DNA of 32,000 nt from the NCBI GenBank assembly GCA_965224465.1, contig OZ245049.1, positions 1,470,001 through 1,502,000 on the forward strand. Reading direction: 5' to 3'. Source of the DNA: Flavobacteriaceae bacterium (GTDB taxonomy: Bacteria; Bacteroidota; Bacteroidia; Flavobacteriales; Flavobacteriaceae). Positions 27,168 to 32,000 of this stretch are shown in pieces. Both the position numbers and the translations under genes were made by a program. The notes beneath the pieces were generated by a model, which saw only the letters and a list, made by a program, of their open reading frames with translations, ran no database searches and had not been told where the DNA came from. Within the stretch, counting starts at the first letter, position 1. Every line of letters begins with the position of its first letter.

Positions 27168-28130
27168 CTACTTTTTCAACAGTGTTGCTACTTCTTTTGC
27201 GAAATAGGTGATAATGATATCTGCACCGGCTCTTTTCATAGAAAGCAAGCTTTCCATCATAACACGCTCTCCATCTATCCATCCTTTTTCTGCTGCAGCT
27301 TTCACCATAGCATATTCTCCGCTCACATTATAACAAGCGATAGGACGGTCAAAATTAGTTTTTAAATCTCTAATAATATCCAAATATGACATGGCAGGTT
27401 TTACCATCAAGATATCGGCTCCTTCTGAATCATCAAAAGTTGCTTCACGTATACCTTCATCTCTATTAGACGGATCCATTTGATATGTTTTACGATCTCC
27501 AAAAGTTGGAGCAGAATCCGCAGCATCACGGAAAGGACCATAAAATGCCGAAGCATATTTTACAGAATACGCCATGATTGGCAAATCATAAAACCCAGTA
27601 TTATCCAATGCTTCACGAACGGTTTGTATGGTACCATCCATCATTCCAGAAGGCGCCACCATATCCACACCTGCTTTTGCATGTGAGATTACTTGCTTGG
27701 CAATATTTGGCAATGTGGCATCATTATCAACATCGTTATTATGTATTACTCCACAATGTCCATGACTTGTATATTCACAAAAACACACGTCTGTAATCAC
27801 ATATAGAGAAGGATAGTTTTTTTTGATATAACGCACTGCTTGTTGCATTATCCCATCATCATTCCATGTTTCTTTTCCTATCTCATCTTTTTTTGCAGGA
27901 ATACCAAACAACAATACTGCAGGAATATCCAACGCTACAACCTCATCCAATTCCTTATGCAATCTATCCAAAGACCAACGCTTAATCCCTGGCATAGAGA
28001 CAATTTCTGTTTCTATATTATTTCCTTCCTCTATAAATAGCGGATAAATTAAATCATCGATTGTTACTTTATTCTCGCGCACAAGGCGTCTAATACCATC
28101 GGTTTTTCTAAGTCTTCGGGTTCTATTCAT
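27168..28130 (-). CDS. hemB: Porphobilinogen synthase (delta-aminolevulinate dehydratase), cysteine-rich Zn-type metal site
   Basis: 320 aa with [14 protein letters not shown] (Zn-binding triple Cys) and MVKPA, IITYFA motifs. Its ATG overlaps the hemD stop by 8 nt. Confidence 0.95.
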   Translation of the reverse strand: MNRTRRLRKTDGIRRLVRENKVTIDDLIYPLFIEEGNNIETEIVSMPGIKRWSLDRLHKELDEVVALDIPAVLLFGIPAKKDEIGKETWNDDGIMQQAVRYIKKNYPSLYVITDVCFCEYTSHGHCGVIHNNDVDNDATLPNIAKQVISHAKAGVDMVAPSGMMDGTIQTVREALDNTGFYDLPIMAYSVKYASAFYGPFRDAADSAPTFGDRKTYQMDPSNRDEGIREATFDDSEGADILMVKPAMSYLDIIRDLKTNFDRPIACYNVSGEYAMVKAAAEKGWIDGERVMMESLLSMKRAGADIIITYFAKEVATLLKK

Positions 28131-28851
28131 CTTCGTAAGAGTGTATGGGTGGTTCTATATCAAAATGGTCTTTTACTAATTCAAGTACACTTTGTACGGT
28201 TGCAATTTTAGCAACCAATACTTTATCAAAATGTTCTCTTGCAGCCTTTGCTGTTGTATTTCCGATACAAAATGCAACACCATGAGTTTCTGGATTTGAT
28301 ATTAAAAAGCTTTCAACGCCAGAAGGGCTATAAAACATTACCCCATCAATAGGTGGTTTTACTACTGTTGCACTTAACAAAGTTTTGTATATGTGTACTT
28401 CTTCTAAACGGACGTTATTCTTTTTTAATATTTCTGGCAATTCATCTCTGCGGATATCTCCACAAAAATAAGTGAATTCCTTAATATCTGTAGTCAACAA
28501 ATGAGCTGCTAAATCTTTGGCTGTTTTTGCTTTAAAAGTCACTTTTCCCAAGGCTTGTTCAATGTGTTTTTTTGTCACACGCCCTACACAGAAAATAGTA
28601 TCAAAAGCCACGTCTTCTTTCGCAAAATTATGCATCAATGCTTGCAGACCATTTTTACTTGTAATGATAAAGTTTTTAGGTAACTTTTTCAACATAATGG
28701 CAGACAGACGATTGTATCGGATACTGATAAAATCACTATCTTTTACTTTTGCACCATCCAACACTTTCTTTTGAATTTTACTCAAAAGTTTGGTTGAAAC
28801 AATTACTTTTCTTCCTTCATTTTCAAACTGCTCTATTTCTTGCTCTTCCAT
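28123..28851 (-). CDS. hemD: Uroporphyrinogen-III synthase
   Basis: The size and its position between hemC and hemB fit, as does the weak HEM4-like pattern (two alpha/beta halves, [10 protein letters not shown]). The chosen start is ATG 28851..28849 (MEEQEIEQF...), which overlaps the hemC TAA by 1 nt (TAATG). The longer track ORF would overlap hemC by 73 nt. Confidence 0.75.
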   Translation of the reverse strand: MEEQEIEQFENEGRKVIVSTKLLSKIQKKVLDGAKVKDSDFISIRYNRLSAIMLKKLPKNFIITSKNGLQALMHNFAKEDVAFDTIFCVGRVTKKHIEQALGKVTFKAKTAKDLAAHLLTTDIKEFTYFCGDIRRDELPEILKKNNVRLEEVHIYKTLLSATVVKPPIDGVMFYSPSGVESFLISNPETHGVAFCIGNTTAKAAREHFDKVLVAKIATVQSVLELVKDHFDIEPPIHSYEDE

Positions 28852-29771
28852 TATATATTGGCTTCTTTTTTTATTTTTATCATTAATTCTGCGCCTCCAT
28901 CGGCTAAAATAACTTTTGCGCAATCAGCACCAAAAGTTTTATAATCACTTAAAGGCCCTGATTTTTGAACGGTTAAATTAGTACTCCCGTCTAGATCACT
29001 TAAAACCCCCTTAAAATAAATAATATTATTCTTTATTTTTGCATTCCCTCCAATTGGAGCAGTACATCCACCTTCTAATGTTTTCATAAACAAGCGTTCT
29101 ACCCAAACAGCTTTTTCTGTAAGTTCGTGATTTATTTTCGAACAAATATTTAAGACATCCGTATCTTTCCCCAAGGCGGTAATCATAATTGTTCCTTGAG
29201 CGGGAGCAGGAATCATCCAGTCTAAAACCACGTGATTTTGGGGCAGTAAATTAATACGTTTCAATCCCGCACCTGCAAACACAGCACCGTCCCAATCGTT
29301 TTCCTTTAATTTTCTCAACCTGGTATTTACATTACCTCTTAGTCCGGTAATGGTATGTTTTGGATATTTTGCCAACCATTGCGCCTTGCGTCTTAAACTT
29401 CCTGTGGCAATTGTAGCTGCACTTTCTCCTTCTAGAAATTCCGTATTATTTTTATATACAACAACATCAAATTCTATAGCTCGTTCTAACACTGCAGCTT
29501 GTACAATCCCTTCTGGAAGTTCTGTAGGCACATCTTTTAAAGAATGTACGGCAAGGTCTATCTCTCCACGAATCATGGCATCGTCCAGGTTTTTTGTAAA
29601 CAATCCCATACCACCTATTTCATGTAACGGTTTGTCTAAGATTTCATCTCCTGTAGAAGAAATTTCTACAATACGAGCTTCATACCCTAAATCCTCCACT
29701 AATTTTTTCACTAAATTGGCTTGCCATAATGCGAGTTCGCTGGCTCTAGTACCTATTTTAAGCATCTTCAT
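28851..29771 (-). CDS. hemC: Hydroxymethylbilane synthase (porphobilinogen deaminase)
   Basis: 306 aa with KIGTRASELALWQA, GLRGNVNTRLRKL and the cofactor-binding LEGGCTAPIGG. It overlaps the hemA stop by 14 nt, or by 8 nt if the second ATG at 29765 is used. Confidence 0.9.
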   Translation of the reverse strand: MKMLKIGTRASELALWQANLVKKLVEDLGYEARIVEISSTGDEILDKPLHEIGGMGLFTKNLDDAMIRGEIDLAVHSLKDVPTELPEGIVQAAVLERAIEFDVVVYKNNTEFLEGESAATIATGSLRRKAQWLAKYPKHTITGLRGNVNTRLRKLKENDWDGAVFAGAGLKRINLLPQNHVVLDWMIPAPAQGTIMITALGKDTDVLNICSKINHELTEKAVWVERLFMKTLEGGCTAPIGGNAKIKNNIIYFKGVLSDLDGSTNLTVQKSGPLSDYKTFGADCAKVILADGGAELMIKIKKEANI

Positions 29772-31023
29772 TTAAACTAATTTCTTTCATGTTAAACACT
29801 TTACTTATCACAGCAATACTTTGATTTACCGAAGTATCATTGTCCTTGAGGTGTTTTACAAATTGGGTTGTTATTTTTTGAATCATACGATTGGTTACAG
29901 CCTCCGCATGTGCTACGTTTAAATCTTTTATTTTTTTACGTTGAAAATCTATTTCCTCTTGTTGAATCACTTTTAATGCCTCTTTTAAAGCACTAATTGC
30001 AGGTACAAATTTCCTGTGATTGATCCACTCATCAAACTCTCCCTTGTACTTTTTAAGAATTTTTTCAACGGCAGGAATTTCCTTTTTACGGGTTTCCAAT
30101 GTGCGTTTGGTTATTTCAGATAGTTCATCCACATTTACTAAAGTCACTTGTTTGAGTTCTAACACATTCCTATCTACGTTTTCTGGCATTGCCAAATCTA
30201 TAATCACCAAAGGCTTTTCCTTATTTAAGTAGGATTTATCTATGGTTGGAACACGTGCACCAGTAGCAACAATTAAAATATCTGCTTCCTTAATAGCAGC
30301 TCCCAGGGAAGCTTCATCTCCTACGGTAATCCCCTCGTGATACTTTACAAATTCCTCTGCTTTCACTTTGGTTCTGTTCACTAAGTGAATGCTTCTATTA
30401 TTGGTATATTCAAGTAAGTTTTTACAGGTGTTTTTACCGATTTCTCCCAAGCCATATACCACTATTTTCTGACTTTTAAGATCTGAAAAATGATTCATTA
30501 AATACTGAATCGCAGCATAAGAAACCGAAGTTGTTCCAGTACTCAAATTGGTTTTATTTTTCACCTCTTTGCTAGCTTGAAGTACACTATTCATCAAGCG
30601 CTCTATATACGCATTGGTCGTCCCTTGCTCTTTTGCTTGCTGATATGCCTGTTTTAGCTGACCAACAATTTCATAATCGCCTAAAATTTGACTTTCCAAA
30701 CCTGTACCAATATTAAACAAATGCCTTACAGCCTCGTTGTTTTTAGTCACACTAGATACTGTAATAAAATCTTCTACATTTCCGTTTGAATATTTCACCA
30801 TCAAACTAATTAACTCAAAAGGATGCTTTGCAAATCCTGTAATTTCTGTTCTGTTACACGTAGACATCACAATAATTCCATTAATCCCTTTGTCTTTAGC
30901 CTCTTGCAAAAGCAAAATTTGATTCTCTTTAGAGATACTAAAAGCACCACGCATTTTAACATCTGCTTTTTTATAACTTAATCCAACATTATAAAATTTT
31001 GTTGGTAATTTTTCGGAGCTCAT
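29758..31023 (-). CDS. hemA: Glutamyl-tRNA reductase
   Basis: VGLSYKKADVKMRG, the active-site STCNRTEI, and the NADPH-binding VVYGLGEIGK. The chosen start is ATG 31023..31021 (MSSEKLPTKFYNVGLSYK). The 26-codon upstream extension in the track is hydrophobic, atypical, and contains two -7 promoter boxes. Confidence 0.9.
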   Translation of the reverse strand: MSSEKLPTKFYNVGLSYKKADVKMRGAFSISKENQILLLQEAKDKGINGIIVMSTCNRTEITGFAKHPFELISLMVKYSNGNVEDFITVSSVTKNNEAVRHLFNIGTGLESQILGDYEIVGQLKQAYQQAKEQGTTNAYIERLMNSVLQASKEVKNKTNLSTGTTSVSYAAIQYLMNHFSDLKSQKIVVYGLGEIGKNTCKNLLEYTNNRSIHLVNRTKVKAEEFVKYHEGITVGDEASLGAAIKEADILIVATGARVPTIDKSYLNKEKPLVIIDLAMPENVDRNVLELKQVTLVNVDELSEITKRTLETRKKEIPAVEKILKKYKGEFDEWINHRKFVPAISALKEALKVIQQEEIDFQRKKIKDLNVAHAEAVTNRMIQKITTQFVKHLKDNDTSVNQSIAVISKVFNMKEISLNEDA

Positions 31024-31048
31024 ACGGTATTCTATTAATAAGTGTCGA

Positions 31049-31064
31049 CAAAAGTACAAATATA
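31049..31064 (-). promoter_or_regulatory. Two adjacent candidate -7 boxes for the hemA operon
   Basis: The minus strand reads TATATTTGTACTTTTG, made of two consecutive TAnnTTTG matches. They lie 26-41 nt upstream of the ATG at 31023. Confidence 0.45.
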
Positions 31065-31256
31065 AGGTAGTTAAAAACAACGCTAAAAGGACTAATAACA
31101 TCGAGGGAGGAAATATTCGTTAATTTAGAACCATTCGAAATAACGGAACTCCCCACACAATTAACGCCTATAATCAATAAAACCACATAGTGAGCACAAT
31201 CCACAAATCATTAAAAAATAAAACTTTAATTGTTTTAATAGCATCTATAATTAATG

Positions 31257-31264
31257 TAATTTTG
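31257..31264 (+). promoter_or_regulatory. Candidate -7 box for the AraC-family gene
   Basis: TAATTTTG lies 34 nt upstream of ATG 31298. A TTG occurs at 31230-31232. Confidence 0.4.
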
Positions 31265-31297
31265 CATTAAACATGACGAATATCATAAAATAAGCCT

Positions 31298-32000
31298 ATG
31301 ATACAACAAACAAATGATTACAAAAACATCGAAAAAAGCACTGTTGTTTTTTTTAAAGAAGATGCAGAGTATAAAATTCTTCGTTACCAGAACCAAACTG
31401 CAGAAACACAACATCTTTTGCACTCCTTAAACGAAAACTTTATTCATTTATATTTTTGTACTCAAGAAAATTGTGTCGTTGCGTTTAACATGGAGCATTG
31501 CGCTGTAAGCCTAAAGAAGGACACTTCTAGTATTGTTTATTTTAATGATGACAATATGAACGTATTGCATAAGCTTCCACCAAAATCTGAGTTGATAGGG
31601 ATCCTCATATCGATTTCCTATTTTCATTCTCTATTTTCTACGGATGGAAATTTCTTATTTAATTTCAGTAATTTTAATGTAGGAAAACCGATTATAGAAC
31701 AAAAAGAAACATCGGCAGGAATTAAAGTAGTCCTAAATCAATTGTTTACAAAAAAGCTCCCCGACTCTTTAAGACCTATTTATTTAAAAGGAAAGGTGTT
31801 TGAATTACTCAGTTTGTATTTCAGTTCTTCTAGTGATACCGAAGGTGAAGATTGTCCCTACATTGCCAATGAAGAAACTATAACAAAATTAAAACAAGTA
31901 AAAGATATTATTATCCAACAGATGGCAAGCCCACCTTCCTTAGAAGAACTCTCCAAGACTGTTGGATTAAATATTAAAAAATTAAAGGAAGGTTTTAAGG
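31298..32000 (+). CDS. AraC-family transcriptional regulator, N-terminal ~234 codons. The gene runs off the right edge.
   Basis: Not in the track because there is no stop in the window. I translated from ATG 31298 and the frame stays open to the window end: MIQQTNDYKNIEKSTVVFFKEDAEYKILRY...PPSLEELSKTVGLNIKKLKEGFK. The last segment is the start of a typical AraC HTH. The gene is divergent from hemA. Confidence 0.7.
   Translation, partial: MIQQTNDYKNIEKSTVVFFKEDAEYKILRYQNQTAETQHLLHSLNENFIHLYFCTQENCVVAFNMEHCAVSLKKDTSSIVYFNDDNMNVLHKLPPKSELIGILISISYFHSLFSTDGNFLFNFSNFNVGKPIIEQKETSAGIKVVLNQLFTKKLPDSLRPIYLKGKVFELLSLYFSSSSDTEGEDCPYIANEETITKLKQVKDIIIQQMASPPSLEELSKTVGLNIKKLKEGFK

Noticed and set aside
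28852-28923. 24-codon N-terminal extension of hemD overlapping the 3' end of hemC
   Set aside because: The internal ATG at 28851 forms a classic TAATG stop/start junction with hemC. The extension (MRKSYFSRWRRRINDKNKKRSQYI) looks like an out-of-frame read of hemC.
29350-29775. 141-aa plus-strand ORF antisense to hemC. Similar antisense ORFs occur at 456-746, 1086-1328, 2188-2382, 3009-3582, 6263-6454, 10001-10244, 10740-10969, 12150-12347, 13478-14674, 16985-17179, 20536-21357, 24666-25007, 25748-25975, 27480-28040, 28517-28774 and 30020-30922.
   Set aside because: Each is nested in or opposite a confidently identified gene, lacks recognisable motifs, and has odd composition. I treat them as shadow ORFs.
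30989-31204. 71-aa minus-strand ORF, and the 26-codon N-terminal extension of hemA (up to 31101)
   Set aside because: The extension is hydrophobic and atypical for glutamyl-tRNA reductase. The ATG at 31023 gives the canonical N-terminus. Two -7 promoter boxes (31049-31064) lie inside the putative extension. The 71-aa ORF overlaps the same promoter region in another frame.
1-32000. Search for defence or mobile systems: restriction-modification, toxin-antitoxin, CRISPR-Cas, retrons, integrases, transposases and phage genes. Also a search for tRNA and rRNA genes.
   Set aside because: Every ORF over 100 codons is accounted for by a housekeeping or envelope function. I saw no recombinase, nuclease or reverse-transcriptase motifs, and no tRNA-like T-arm (GGTTCGAATCC-type) sequences in the intergenic regions.

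Overview
This is a low-GC chromosomal segment. Its proteins, gene order and repeated TAnnTTTG -7 promoter boxes point to a Flavobacteriia (Bacteroidota) core-genome region; that assignment is inference. I support 24 protein-coding genes, two of them cut by the window edges.

Gene content:
- A minus-strand envelope/redox operon: SPOR-domain amidase, MlaD, a membrane 4Fe-4S protein, a HAD-like protein, a CCG-type Fe-S protein and a PH-domain membrane protein.
- lptD-ridA on the plus strand.
- mgsA, then gap-pfkA.
- A nucleotidyltransferase translationally coupled to a 1464-aa TamB.
- tsaD.
- An orphan 2-oxoacid dehydrogenase E2.
- An 858-aa secreted esterase-like protein.
- A contiguous heme cluster, hemA-hemC-hemD-hemB-hemL-hemE-hemN, with a divergent AraC-type regulator.

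I found no rRNA, tRNA, CRISPR array, transposase, integrase or recognisable defence or toxin system. Honestly, this is mostly an ordinary housekeeping region.

Features not explained by the genes:
1. A 117/138-bp element is present twice in inverted orientation (8772-8888 and 20035-20172). It brackets 11.1 kb of housekeeping genes.
2. A 903-bp ORF-free divergent intergenic region lies at 19565-20467.
3. The TamB signal-anchor helix is encoded upstream of any canonical start codon.
4. A GAATTTGGRATTG-type motif family sits in 3' intergenic regions.
5. A 17-bp direct repeat lies in the hemE-hemN spacer.

All coordinates and alignments were done by eye or hand. No database search was possible.
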